From Candidatus Micrarchaeia archaeon (GTDB taxonomy: Archaea > Micrarchaeota > Micrarchaeia > Anstonellales > Anstonellaceae): DNA of 64,000 nt. The notes under the pieces are model-generated. The model saw only the letters and a program-made list of their open reading frames with translations, ran no database searches and had not been told where the DNA came from. Position 1 is the first letter of the stretch. Each line of letters starts with the position of its first letter. The DNA is taken from assembly GCA_041659465.1 (NCBI GenBank), contig JBAZYD010000007.1:5670-69669 (forward strand). Reading direction: 5' to 3'. Both the position numbers and the translations under genes were made by a program. Shown here piece by piece: positions 52,774 through 62,131 of the stretch.

Positions 52774-53760
52774 TCACTCTTTCTTTTCCGAGTCCCGGAT
52801 CGCCATGCCGATTATCTTGGCTGCCAGCTCGGTGTTGTGGAAAAAGCTGTCCACTGCCCTGCTGAAGAATCTTTCCGACTGGATGGAGGCCCCATTCGGC
52901 ATGGAGCACTCGCGCATCAGGGATGCGTCGCGCCTGAAATACGCCTCAACGTCATGTATGCTGTTTTTCGCGCCCACTTCGCCTGTTTTGAAATTCAGAT
53001 AGCCCTCCTCTATGCCTGCAATGACTGAGTTGTAAAGGTGGATGGAAAATGCGTGCAGGTTGTGCCTTGCCACCATATCGGCAGCGCCCAGCTTTTCCTG
53101 CTCTGAGAACTTCTGCCTCTGCGCGTAATAATCCCTCGCAGCTTGCGCCACCACTTCGCCTGCAAAGCCTGAGTCTCGGAAGAACTGGAGGATGATCATC
53201 TTGAAGCCAAATCCGTTTTTCATCTGCTTTCCGCCCATGGTTTGGAAGAGATGTGTATTGAGGCCTGTGACGCCGGCGCAGAGCCCATGAATGAGCGAAA
53301 GGCCGCGGTTGGAGGCAATGCACGTCCTGTCAAGCGGCAGGTAAACGCCGTCCTTGATTGCAGACTGCACCAAATGCCTGACTGCCAAAACCATGGTCTC
53401 GAGATTCTTGCCGTGCCGCAGCGACCTTTCCTGGGCATAGCCCCTGGCTTCCACGTGGGCGCGCGAGTAGGCGTGACCTTCCACTGCAACCGAGATTGTG
53501 GGAATCTCTTTGCGCTCCTTGACCACCAGGATTGATTTGCGCCAGGCTTCAAGCTTGAGGCGCCTACCCCTTTTCTTATGCGTCAATCTTATGCGCCTCC
53601 CGGTTTCTTCATAGTTGACCTGAAGGTCGAATTCCTTGTTTTTCCCCCTTGGAACCTTGATGAGAATGCTTTCGCTCTGGACAGGCGCCACATCGGGGAT
53701 TTCCATCCGCTTGCCATCTTTTTTGATTTGCTTCCTTATTGCCATCATTTCAATCACCAT
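52774..53760 (-). CDS. Hypothetical protein downstream of the repeat protein
   Basis: 328-aa ORF with a basic N-terminus. No family recognised. Confidence 0.5.
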   Translation of the reverse strand: MVIEMMAIRKQIKKDGKRMEIPDVAPVQSESILIKVPRGKNKEFDLQVNYEETGRRIRLTHKKRGRRLKLEAWRKSILVVKERKEIPTISVAVEGHAYSRAHVEARGYAQERSLRHGKNLETMVLAVRHLVQSAIKDGVYLPLDRTCIASNRGLSLIHGLCAGVTGLNTHLFQTMGGKQMKNGFGFKMIILQFFRDSGFAGEVVAQAARDYYAQRQKFSEQEKLGAADMVARHNLHAFSIHLYNSVIAGIEEGYLNFKTGEVGAKNSIHDVEAYFRRDASLMRECSMPNGASIQSERFFSRAVDSFFHNTELAAKIIGMAIRDSEKKE

Positions 53761-53817
53761 TTTCCTGAATTGCCAAACCTATAAGCATTTGCCATGTCCG
53801 CACCTAGAACGGAATCT

Positions 53818-55539
53818 TCATCTGGTTGGCATCGATCTTCCGATTGGGCTCTCTATTGCCCCTGTCTTGATGTCATATTCAATTGCCTGTTTTCTTGCCT
53901 CGGAAACATGCTGCCTGAACTGCTCGAATGTGAGGGCCTCATAGTATGGAGGGAGCTTGCTCTTGATTTGAGGAAGCATGAGGAATTTCTCGAAGAGCTG
54001 CTCCACCTTCCAGATGTGTACGAATGGAAGCCCGGTGTAATCGGGGTTGGTTATTGACTGGCGCTTGCGCTCACCGGATTGCTGCACAGTCAGGCTGTCC
54101 CGGATGTCGAGTATTGATAATGGATGATACTCAAGAAAAGTGCCGTTAATAAGAAAATCAATGGAGTGCCGCCTTTGCCCGTTCACGCGGACATGGAGGT
54201 TGAGATCCTCCCTGAATGAATTGGCCAGTCCGTATTTGTTCAAAAGGATGGCGATTGCCCTTTCAGATGCTGAATCGAATTTTACTAGCTCGTTTCCGAA
54301 GGAAAACAGAGATGTACCTTTCTTGGGAGGGAAAACAGTGTATGTGTAGGCAACAGAGTGCTCCCTGTTTTCTGGTCTCTTCCTCCATTTAACAAAGGCA
54401 TGGTAAAAGGAAGATGCTCCGCTTTTTTTATCAGACCTGAAATCAGATATTGCGTAGTTGCGCCATTCTTCGTGGGATCTCTTTTCAAGAACCCAGTCGC
54501 CGATTGTGAGCAAGTTTGAGTGATTCTTGTATTGGGGGGGAAAGACCGCGTCAGTGTATGCTTTCAAGAAAATTTTGTTCTTTGGCCGCCCCACCCATTT
54601 GCGGAAAGTGTAATAGAACGACCTGGCTTTGCCATTGTTTGCATTGTCGAAATCAGTCACAGTATAGCTGTCCCATTCCCCGTGGTTGTTTCGCTCGCGA
54701 ACCCAGTCATCAATAGTAACTAGGTGGGAGTAATCGCAGTACTTCGAAGGGAATAGTGTTTTATGGTATTCTTCCTGTTTACCGATGTTTTCTATCCTGT
54801 GCGCCCACTCATAAAAAGCATTGTAAAATTGTCTGGCATATAGGTCTTGACCAGATTGGAAATCGGTTGTAGAAAAGTCTGCCCATTCTTTGTGGGCGTT
54901 TTTCTCGCAGACCCAATCAGCAAACGAAACAAGATGGGAATAGCTTTTACGCGCGCAGGACAGGACGGCGTCTGCATAAGCCTTCTTGTACCCGATATTC
55001 TCAGGCTTGTTAAGCCATTTGTAAAAAGCCTTGTAAAAAGATTGGGCGGGGAGAAACTCTTTGAAATTCTTTGGCGTAAAACCGTCCCATTCTTTGTGTT
55101 TCTTGCGCTCAGCAACCCAGTCGCTGATTGTAATAATATGAGAATAAGAAATGAACCTAGGAGGGAACAGCTGTTCTGTAAGGGTTTTTTGCCCTCTCTT
55201 ATCGTTTGTTTGCTTTGCCCGCCATGTCTCGAATTGCCTATAGAACGATTTGGCGCCGTTTTCAGCGTTTTTAACGAAATCTTTTGTGCTGTAGTCATTC
55301 CATTCTTTGTGCCGGTTGCGTTCTGCGACCCAATCCCCGATTTGAGTATCCATTAGATGCGGCCATAGGCCCAAACGCCCTCTTTTTGGTGAATCGCGCA
55401 GAGCAGGAACAAGGGAAATGCCACTGGCATTGGAAATGGCAAGACTGCCTTGCTTGCCGCTTTGCATATGGACTATGCGCATGCAGGGGGAAATGCCAGG
55501 TGACCTGCTAACATTAGTGGTAATTGCTGCATTAATCAT
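53818..55539 (-). CDS. Low-GC protein with five tandem about 68-aa repeats and a possible PD-(D/E)xK-like C-terminal domain
   Basis: Repeats share DWV-E---H-EW--(Y/F)---DF...(S)FY--F--W. Tail has FDSASERAIAILLNKYGL...HSIDFLINGTFLEYHP. TATA-like tttataaa at 55562-55569. Confidence 0.7.
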   Translation of the reverse strand: MINAAITTNVSRSPGISPCMRIVHMQSGKQGSLAISNASGISLVPALRDSPKRGRLGLWPHLMDTQIGDWVAERNRHKEWNDYSTKDFVKNAENGAKSFYRQFETWRAKQTNDKRGQKTLTEQLFPPRFISYSHIITISDWVAERKKHKEWDGFTPKNFKEFLPAQSFYKAFYKWLNKPENIGYKKAYADAVLSCARKSYSHLVSFADWVCEKNAHKEWADFSTTDFQSGQDLYARQFYNAFYEWAHRIENIGKQEEYHKTLFPSKYCDYSHLVTIDDWVRERNNHGEWDSYTVTDFDNANNGKARSFYYTFRKWVGRPKNKIFLKAYTDAVFPPQYKNHSNLLTIGDWVLEKRSHEEWRNYAISDFRSDKKSGASSFYHAFVKWRKRPENREHSVAYTYTVFPPKKGTSLFSFGNELVKFDSASERAIAILLNKYGLANSFREDLNLHVRVNGQRRHSIDFLINGTFLEYHPLSILDIRDSLTVQQSGERKRQSITNPDYTGLPFVHIWKVEQLFEKFLMLPQIKSKLPPYYEALTFEQFRQHVSEARKQAIEYDIKTGAIESPIGRSMPTR

Positions 55540-55670
55540 GGTATTAATTGGCGCCTAAGGGTTTATAAAGATTGTGGCTAACTTTGGATAAAAATGTAGA
55601 AAAGAAAGGATTGGCATGCAAGCGGCGAGCGCGCACCTGCGCGAGATGCTTGGGCAAAGGGCGGTGCGCT

Positions 55671-56378
55671 TCACTTCATGCCAAGCGCGAGGTCTATCAC
55701 GGATATGAACTGGTTTATGTGCTCATAGTCCGTCGTCCTGCCGATGTCAAGCCAGTAGTCGGTGAAGACGTAGCCCCCTATCCTCTGCTTCGCCTCCAAC
55801 AGGCGCGGGAAGACGTGGTTCGCAAAATCCTCGTTCGGGCGGATGAAGTCGAATATCTCAGGCTCGAAAACGTACACGCCGGTGTTGACATAATTCTCAA
55901 CGATGGGCTTTTCGCGGAAGCGGATGACATTGCCGCCTGCATCAAGGTCTGCGACGCCGTATTCCAGCGGCACGCCCTTCTTGTTGAGCGCAATGGTGGC
56001 GATGTTGCCGCTCTTCCTGTGCGCGTCGACCACAGCTGCAATGTCGAGGTTGGACAAGTGGTCGCCCATCATCACCACGAACGTGCCGTCCATTTTCCCC
56101 ATGAGCGGGATTATGGAGCCGGCAGTGCCAAGCACGGACGTTTCCACCGAGTAGTGGAGCTTGAGCCCGAATTTGCTGCCGTCGCCGAAATACGCCTCTA
56201 TCTGCTCGTGCAGGTAGCCAACCGTGAGGTATGCGTCGGTGATGCCGGCGCGCGACAGCGAGGAGAGCACGTACTGCAGTATGGGCTTCTTGCCAAGCGG
56301 CAGCATGGGCTTTGGTATGGTGTAGGTGTAGGGGCGCAATCTTGTGCCCTTTCCGCCGCAAAGTACGATTGCCTTCAT
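55671..56378 (-). CDS. Sugar-1-phosphate nucleotidylyltransferase
   Basis: MKAIVLCGGKGTRLRPYTYTIPKPMLPLG is the nucleotidyltransferase signature. Sugar specificity is not assignable. Confidence 0.85.
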   Translation of the reverse strand: MKAIVLCGGKGTRLRPYTYTIPKPMLPLGKKPILQYVLSSLSRAGITDAYLTVGYLHEQIEAYFGDGSKFGLKLHYSVETSVLGTAGSIIPLMGKMDGTFVVMMGDHLSNLDIAAVVDAHRKSGNIATIALNKKGVPLEYGVADLDAGGNVIRFREKPIVENYVNTGVYVFEPEIFDFIRPNEDFANHVFPRLLEAKQRIGGYVFTDYWLDIGRTTDYEHINQFISVIDLALGMK

Positions 56379-56407
56379 GTCATCACACTGTTTTTTTGCC
56401 TGCCAAA

Positions 56408-56923
56408 TCATTTAAATGAAATTGCCTGTACGTCAAGCGAGCGAAGCTCCTCCACCGCCTTCCTCGGGAGCCTGCCCTGGACGACCACCATCATCTTGGG
56501 CTCGGGGTAGAGGTCCGGATCGTCGGTGATTATCTGGCGTATGCCCACCTTGTGGCGCGCAAGCACGGACGCCACCTTGGCGGTGAGCCCCACGGTGTTG
56601 GGGTCTGCGTCAATCTCTATTACGTCGTGCCCGAAGTGCTTTGCCGCGCGGCTTACGTTCGAGATGGGGAAAAGCGAGGAGAATATCTCGAACAGCTTGG
56701 GGTCTGCGGCGATTTCCCGCGCGGTCTCGATGACCACTCGCCTGTCCACGCCCAGCGCCCTGCCTATCTTTGCAGGCGCAAGCCCTATCTGGTCGCAGTA
56801 GAGGTTGCCTTTCTCATCGACGCGCACGCCAATCCTAAGCATGGTGGAGACCACGCGCAGCTTGGCGCGCTGCCCGGCGAAGCGTTCCTCAAGGTATTGG
56901 AGCATATGTACAATATTGAACAA
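56408..56923 (-). CDS. ACT-domain regulator (COG2150-like, archaeal)
   Basis: N-terminal HTH-like region (IGLAPAKIGRALGVDRRVV) plus a C-terminal ACT-like domain (DVIEIDADPNTVGLTAKVASVLA). Confidence 0.7.
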   Translation of the reverse strand: MFNIVHMLQYLEERFAGQRAKLRVVSTMLRIGVRVDEKGNLYCDQIGLAPAKIGRALGVDRRVVIETAREIAADPKLFEIFSSLFPISNVSRAAKHFGHDVIEIDADPNTVGLTAKVASVLARHKVGIRQIITDDPDLYPEPKMMVVVQGRLPRKAVEELRSLDVQAISFK

Positions 56924-56970
56924 AAATGTTTAAAAAGGGACACCATCATAAGAAAATACAGGTGATACTC

Positions 56971-57246
56971 ATGAAGAACTCAACAATTGCAATTAAGGGA
57001 GAGCCATTGGAGAAGCCCCCTGTGCTCACTGTTTTGAAGGGGGGCGGCGGCAAGCGGAAGAAGTTCAGGGACAGCCCCCCGCTGCTGGCTGCGCCTGGAA
57101 ATGATGGCAAGCGGGAAAAAGCGGTGGCTAAAAAGGACGAGCCCCAGGCAAACGGCCAGCAATATCCGAGCATGGTCGGCCCAACCCAGGATGGCCCTAG
57201 GGCGAGATTTGAGGATTTCACGCCTTTCACAAGCGGCCTTTGCTGA
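56971..57246 (+). CDS. Possible small disordered protein
   Basis: ORF from MKNSTIAIKG. K/G/P-rich. Weak support. Confidence 0.2.
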   Translation: MKNSTIAIKGEPLEKPPVLTVLKGGGGKRKKFRDSPPLLAAPGNDGKREKAVAKKDEPQANGQQYPSMVGPTQDGPRARFEDFTPFTSGLC

Positions 57247-57253
57247 CCTTTTG

Positions 57254-58618
57254 CTAGCTTGAAACCGCAGCGCGCACGATTTCCCCGTATTCATTCATCA
57301 GCGAGTCCGCGCGCTTTTTCGTCTTTCCCTCGGCAAACACGCGCATGCAGTCCTCGGTGCCTGATGCGCGCGCGATGACCCAGCCGTCGTCAAAATCGCA
57401 GCGCACGCCGTCTATGAGGGTAAGCCGCGCGCCGCTCCCCTTTGCATGCGCCTTTGCTGCATTGAGCCCCGCGGCCTTTGCCTGGCTGCCTCTTGCCTCT
57501 ATTTTCGCCTTGCTGTTGAAGTATTCGGGCAATCCGCCCACCAGCCCGGAAAGCGGCGAATCGCACAGCATTTCGCATATTTTGGCCGTGGCGAAAATGC
57601 CGTCCTTGGCAGGTGAGAAGCGCGGCCATATTATCCCGCCCACCTCCTCGCCGCCTGACACCGCGCGGCTGCCCAATGATGCCATCTTTTCAGAGAGGTA
57701 AGGCGCGCCAACCGCGGTGTAAACAGTTTTTGCGCCAAGGGAAGCGCATGCCTCCTCCACGCACCTGCTGGTCGCCACCGTGGTGACAATGAGCTTGCCC
57801 TTCTGCTTCCTCGCCTCGCGGCATGCCTGAGCTGCGGATATTGCGAATCCCTTGTCGCCCACAATCCAGTTCCCTTTTTCATCCGCAAAGACCACGCGGT
57901 CCGAGTCGCCGTCCCAGGCAACGCCCAGGTCGCACCCCTTGCTTTTCACTGTTTTGAGAAGCAGCTGCACGTTTGCCTCGGACGGCTCTGACGGGCGGCC
58001 GGGGAAATTGCCGTCGATGTTTTCATTGAGCGCGATGACCTCGCAGCCAAGCGAGGCAAAGACGGCGCGCGAGAGTGCGGACGTGCCGTTGCCAAAGTCC
58101 AATGCGATGCGAAGCTTGCGCTTGCGTATTTTCGCCGCGGAAACTCCGGCAAGCACTGCCTTTGCATGCACGCCTGTCGCATCCGGGAGCGGGATGCTTT
58201 TCCCGACAGACTGCCAGCCTGCGCACGCATATGTCATTGCAAGCGCGGATTGCTCGATAAGAAGGCCGCGCTCGCGAGAAACCGCCACGCCTTTTTCATC
58301 CACGAACTTCAGAGCGTTCCATTCTGGCGCATTGTGCGAGGCGGTCACTATCACCAGCCCGCCTGCCTGCTGCTGCGCGAGGGTGAATTCCGCGACAGGG
58401 GAGGAGGCAAGCCCAATGTCGATAACGTCCTTGCCAGCAGCCATGATGCCTGCCGCGGCTGCTGAATGGAGCATGGGGGAGGTGAGGCGCATGTCGCGCG
58501 CAAGCACGATGGATTGCCCCCTGCTCCAGCTGGCAAAGGATGCGCACAGGCCGAATGCAAGATTGGGCGTGAGCACGTCCAGCCTTGCGCGCACGCCATT
58601 GGTACCGAATAATGCCAT
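57254..58618 (-). CDS. Phosphoglucosamine/phosphomannomutase family enzyme
   Basis: MALFGTNGVRA, TASHNAPEWNALKF (active-site Ser), GVAWDGDSDR (Mg site), GGEEVGG. Confidence 0.85.
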   Translation of the reverse strand: MALFGTNGVRARLDVLTPNLAFGLCASFASWSRGQSIVLARDMRLTSPMLHSAAAAGIMAAGKDVIDIGLASSPVAEFTLAQQQAGGLVIVTASHNAPEWNALKFVDEKGVAVSRERGLLIEQSALAMTYACAGWQSVGKSIPLPDATGVHAKAVLAGVSAAKIRKRKLRIALDFGNGTSALSRAVFASLGCEVIALNENIDGNFPGRPSEPSEANVQLLLKTVKSKGCDLGVAWDGDSDRVVFADEKGNWIVGDKGFAISAAQACREARKQKGKLIVTTVATSRCVEEACASLGAKTVYTAVGAPYLSEKMASLGSRAVSGGEEVGGIIWPRFSPAKDGIFATAKICEMLCDSPLSGLVGGLPEYFNSKAKIEARGSQAKAAGLNAAKAHAKGSGARLTLIDGVRCDFDDGWVIARASGTEDCMRVFAEGKTKKRADSLMNEYGEIVRAAVSS

Positions 58619-58765
58619 GCAAAACACCTTGAACACTTTTTCCTCAGACGCTATTGCCACCCGTCTGCAATGCCATGGGAACACCCATTCATTTCATGCC
58701 GGTTCATTGGCTTGCCTTTGCCTCGCTTTCCACGCCCATCTTCCAGCCATGCAGCAAGCCTGCGC

Positions 58766-60418
58766 CTAATCCTTCTTTCCCTCGGCCTCGACGCCCAGCC
58801 TGGCGATTTTCTCCGCGATGGAGACCAGCTGCAGAGGGAGGTTGGCCTTTTTCGCTGCATTGTGCAGCAGGTCTATGTCCTCGTGCTTGAAGGTGCGAAG
58901 CAAAAGCGCCACCGCGCCGAATATCGCCATCCCGATGCATCCCATCACGCAAAGCACCGCCAGGTATGCGAATTTCGACGAATAGACCGCAAGCTCGCCT
59001 GCCCCTATGGGCGGGATGAGGGGCACTGCGAATGCGGCAAGGGGCTTGAGGAGGATTATCGCGGCAAATGCGACCGCGCCTGCAGCGAACAGCTTGTAGA
59101 TGCCGCTGGGCGTGCGGTAGCCCAGGTATTGCCTGCCATAGCGCTCGAACATCCATGCCGAGAGGAGGAATGCGACGGCTGAAGCCGCAGATGCGCCTTC
59201 CATGCCGAACTGCGGTATGAGAAGCACGTTGAGCGCCGTGTTTGCGGCAGCGCACACGATTGCCACATAAAGCTCAAGGCGCACCAGGCGCATGCCTGCA
59301 AGCGCAAGCGAGATGGGATAGGCTATGGTGGAGAACAGGAGGCCGAGTATGAATATGGACATTGCATTGGCGCCTGAGCGGTACGAGCTTCCGTAGAAGA
59401 CGGAGAGCATCTCGCCTGCGAATGCCATGGTGGCAAGCGCAATGGGGATTGTCACGAAAAGTATCCAGCGCTGGGAGGTCTGGATGACGCTCCGCATGGC
59501 GCCGTGCTCGTCCTTGCCTGCGAGCTTCGAAATCACAGGAAGGAAAATGCCGCCGAACGCGCCTGGGAAGACCATGATGGTGAGCGCGAGCTGCGACGCG
59601 ATGGAATAGACCGCCACCACCTCGATGGAAGTGGCCGGGTCCCCGAAATACCCCAAAAGCGCGCGGTCGGTGGAGGAAATCAGTATCCAGAATGACTGGA
59701 CTATGGTGAGCGTGACGCCGAACGGGAGTATCTCGCGCAGGACCTCGCGGGTGGAGACCTCCCCGCCGGATCTGGGCACGTCCTTCACCCTGCGCGAAAG
59801 GAAAGGAAGCGTCATTAGGAACACCGCGATGTACGAGAGTATGAACGCCGCGGAAAGCGTGAAGAGGGTGGCGCCGAACAGCGTGAAGAAGAGCACGGTG
59901 ACCGCCAGTTTCACGACGTTTTGCGCATTGTTCAGGAACTGGCACACCTTTATGTCCCGCCTGCCAAGCAAATAGCCGTTTGCCGCGCTGTAGAGGTTGT
60001 CGAAAAGCACGTACACCGCAAGCAGCCGTATGCCGTCGGAAAGCCCGGGGCTTTGGTAAAGCGCGCCTATGGGGTCTGCAAGGAGGAACAGGATGGCTAT
60101 CAGGAGAACCCCCAGGAGCACGCTTGCCGCAAAGCCTATCTTCAAAAGCGAGACGCCCTTCCCGTCCTGCTTTTTCGCCTCGAAATACGGGACATAGCGC
60201 TGGAGGGAGGCGGGCAGCCCCAGGTTGCGCCAGAAGCCCACCAGCGCTATCACCGAGATTGAGAGGTAGAAAAGCCCGACGTTTTCCTGGGAGAACGCGC
60301 GGGCTACGTAGATTGCGTATGCGAACGAAACGAGCTTGAGGGCGAACGTGCCGACAAGCCCCCAGAAGCTGCCCCACGCCACCTCGTGGGAATGCTCCGA
60401 TGCGTCTTCTCCTGCCAT
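58766..60418 (-). CDS. Oligosaccharide/polysaccharide flippase (MOP superfamily, Wzx-like)
   Basis: About 14 TM and typical Wzx/RfbX composition. TATA-like element at 60441-60448. Confidence 0.75.
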   Translation of the reverse strand: MAGEDASEHSHEVAWGSFWGLVGTFALKLVSFAYAIYVARAFSQENVGLFYLSISVIALVGFWRNLGLPASLQRYVPYFEAKKQDGKGVSLLKIGFAASVLLGVLLIAILFLLADPIGALYQSPGLSDGIRLLAVYVLFDNLYSAANGYLLGRRDIKVCQFLNNAQNVVKLAVTVLFFTLFGATLFTLSAAFILSYIAVFLMTLPFLSRRVKDVPRSGGEVSTREVLREILPFGVTLTIVQSFWILISSTDRALLGYFGDPATSIEVVAVYSIASQLALTIMVFPGAFGGIFLPVISKLAGKDEHGAMRSVIQTSQRWILFVTIPIALATMAFAGEMLSVFYGSSYRSGANAMSIFILGLLFSTIAYPISLALAGMRLVRLELYVAIVCAAANTALNVLLIPQFGMEGASAASAVAFLLSAWMFERYGRQYLGYRTPSGIYKLFAAGAVAFAAIILLKPLAAFAVPLIPPIGAGELAVYSSKFAYLAVLCVMGCIGMAIFGAVALLLRTFKHEDIDLLHNAAKKANLPLQLVSIAEKIARLGVEAEGKKD

Positions 60419-60532
60419 GTCTTGGGGATAGGCATGATAGTAATAAAATGGTATTCAGGCGCGGCAGGGCGTGTTTTGCCACCCTGGCTTGCCGCGCCTG
60501 CCAATCGTAGGCGGCATGATAGGTGCGTTTTA

Positions 60533-61111
60533 TCAATCAAACTTTTCGCATTCCTTGAACGTGGGCCATTTCGAGTCCTTTTCGGAAAGCGTCACCTTTC
60601 CGGCTGATGGCCATTTGATGCCAAGCGCAGGGTCGCTGAATATTATGCCGCGCTCGTTTTGGGGCGAGTGGGCATTGTCGGCCTGGTAGACCATGGTGGC
60701 ATTGGCTGAAAGCGCCATGAAGCCGTGCGCAAACCCGCGCGGCACGTACAATGCGTGCATGTTCCTGCCCGAAAGCACGGCGGACGCGCATTTGCCGTAA
60801 GTCTCCGAGCTTTTGCGCAGGTCCACGATGACGTCGAACACCTTGCCAGATGGGCACCAGACAAGCCGCGCCTGGGAGAATTCCGCGCGCTGGTAGTGGA
60901 GCCCGCGCACCACGCCTTTTTTCGAGACGGACAGGAACTGCTCGGAAAAGAAAGGGGATACCCCCTTGCCGGAAAGCAGCTTTTCGGTGAAGATTTTGCG
61001 GAATGCCCCGCGCTCGTCATCAAACGCGTACGGCTTTATGAGGAATGCCCCGGCAAGGGGCAGGTCGACTGCTTCGTTTTGCTGCGTTGTCATATCATGC
61101 CTCCATCCCAT
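60533..61111 (-). CDS. rfbC: NDP-4-dehydro-6-deoxyhexose 3,5-epimerase (RmlC-like cupin)
   Basis: FDDERGAFRKIF, RGLHYQ, KVFDVIVDLR, YVPRGFAHGF, IKWP. Confidence 0.8.
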   Translation of the reverse strand: MGWRHDMTTQQNEAVDLPLAGAFLIKPYAFDDERGAFRKIFTEKLLSGKGVSPFFSEQFLSVSKKGVVRGLHYQRAEFSQARLVWCPSGKVFDVIVDLRKSSETYGKCASAVLSGRNMHALYVPRGFAHGFMALSANATMVYQADNAHSPQNERGIIFSDPALGIKWPSAGKVTLSEKDSKWPTFKECEKFD

Positions 61112-61130
61112 GCTTCAGTGCACGCCCGTT

Positions 61131-61997
61131 TCATGCCCCGGCTTGCACCTCGGTTTCCTCCTTAAGCCCCTTAATCTGTTCGGCAAGGCTTTTCACCTCG
61201 CACACTTTTCCCAGCTTGCTTATGTCAAGCTTCAGGTGCATGGGCACCTTTATTTTCCTGTCGGACGAGTGCACGCGCCTGATGATGCCTGCGTGCCCGA
61301 ATGAGGCGGCGAACAGGAGCGCGAGGCCATGCCTGGAAACATAGTCTGGCCCCACTGCGTTGTAGGTGCCGCTGCAGCCAGCCCCAGCAAGCTGCGCGGC
61401 AATGCGCGCAAGCTCGCCGGCGTAAATCGGCTGGGAGAACTGGTCGTCTGCTGCCGGGAAGGCGGCGCCTGACTTTGCTGCAGACATGAAACGGCTGAAG
61501 AAATCCATTTTGCGCGGGTCAAGCCCGAACACGCCGGTTGTGCGGAGTATCAGGTGCCTTGGGGCGAATGCGCGCACCTTTTCCTCGGCCACTGCCTTGG
61601 TGTGCGCGTAGAAGTTGAGCGGGCGCATGGGAGATTCCTCGGTGTAAGCCACGCCTTCCTTGCCTTCATACACCCAGTCCGAGCTTATGTGCACAAGGAG
61701 AAAGCCGTGCTCTTGCCCGAGCCGCGCCAGATTCTCAGGGGCGGAGACATTGGAGGACCAGGTGGAAAGCCTGCTGGTTTCCGACATGTCGGTTGACAGG
61801 CTGCTTTTGATGGCATTGAAAACAATGTCCGGCTTGGCAGCGGCAACATGTTTTGAGAGAGCGGAAAAATCCGATGCGTCCATCCCGCCTGGCGAAGAAG
61901 GCCCCAGCACCTTTGACACTGAATGGCCATTTGCCTTAAATGCGCGGCACGCATAGCTTCCCACCAGCCCGCCTGCCCCGAAAACAACAACCTTCAT
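61131..61997 (-). CDS. NDP-4-dehydro-6-deoxyhexose reductase (RmlD-like SDR)
   Basis: MKVVVFGAGGLVGS, ISSDWVYEG, YAHTKAVAE. Confidence 0.75.
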   Translation of the reverse strand: MKVVVFGAGGLVGSYACRAFKANGHSVSKVLGPSSPGGMDASDFSALSKHVAAAKPDIVFNAIKSSLSTDMSETSRLSTWSSNVSAPENLARLGQEHGFLLVHISSDWVYEGKEGVAYTEESPMRPLNFYAHTKAVAEEKVRAFAPRHLILRTTGVFGLDPRKMDFFSRFMSAAKSGAAFPAADDQFSQPIYAGELARIAAQLAGAGCSGTYNAVGPDYVSRHGLALLFAASFGHAGIIRRVHSSDRKIKVPMHLKLDISKLGKVCEVKSLAEQIKGLKEETEVQAGA

Positions 61998-62131
61998 CAA
62001 ATCAAGCCTTCGCCGCCGCATCGGCTATCTGCACTGCATGCCCGAAAATCATTGCGTTCCGGCCCTCGCTGCCATCCGCGCTGCCTGCCCAGAAAACCAT
62101 TGGCTGTAGGAGTATCCCCGAAAATCCCCTA

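Noticed and set aside
57852-60536. Plus ORF 57852-58769 (305 aa) and minus ORF 59274-60536 (420 aa)
   Set aside because: The first is antisense to the phosphohexomutase gene. The second is an out-of-frame, same-strand overlap of the flippase gene with an R/P/G-rich composition.
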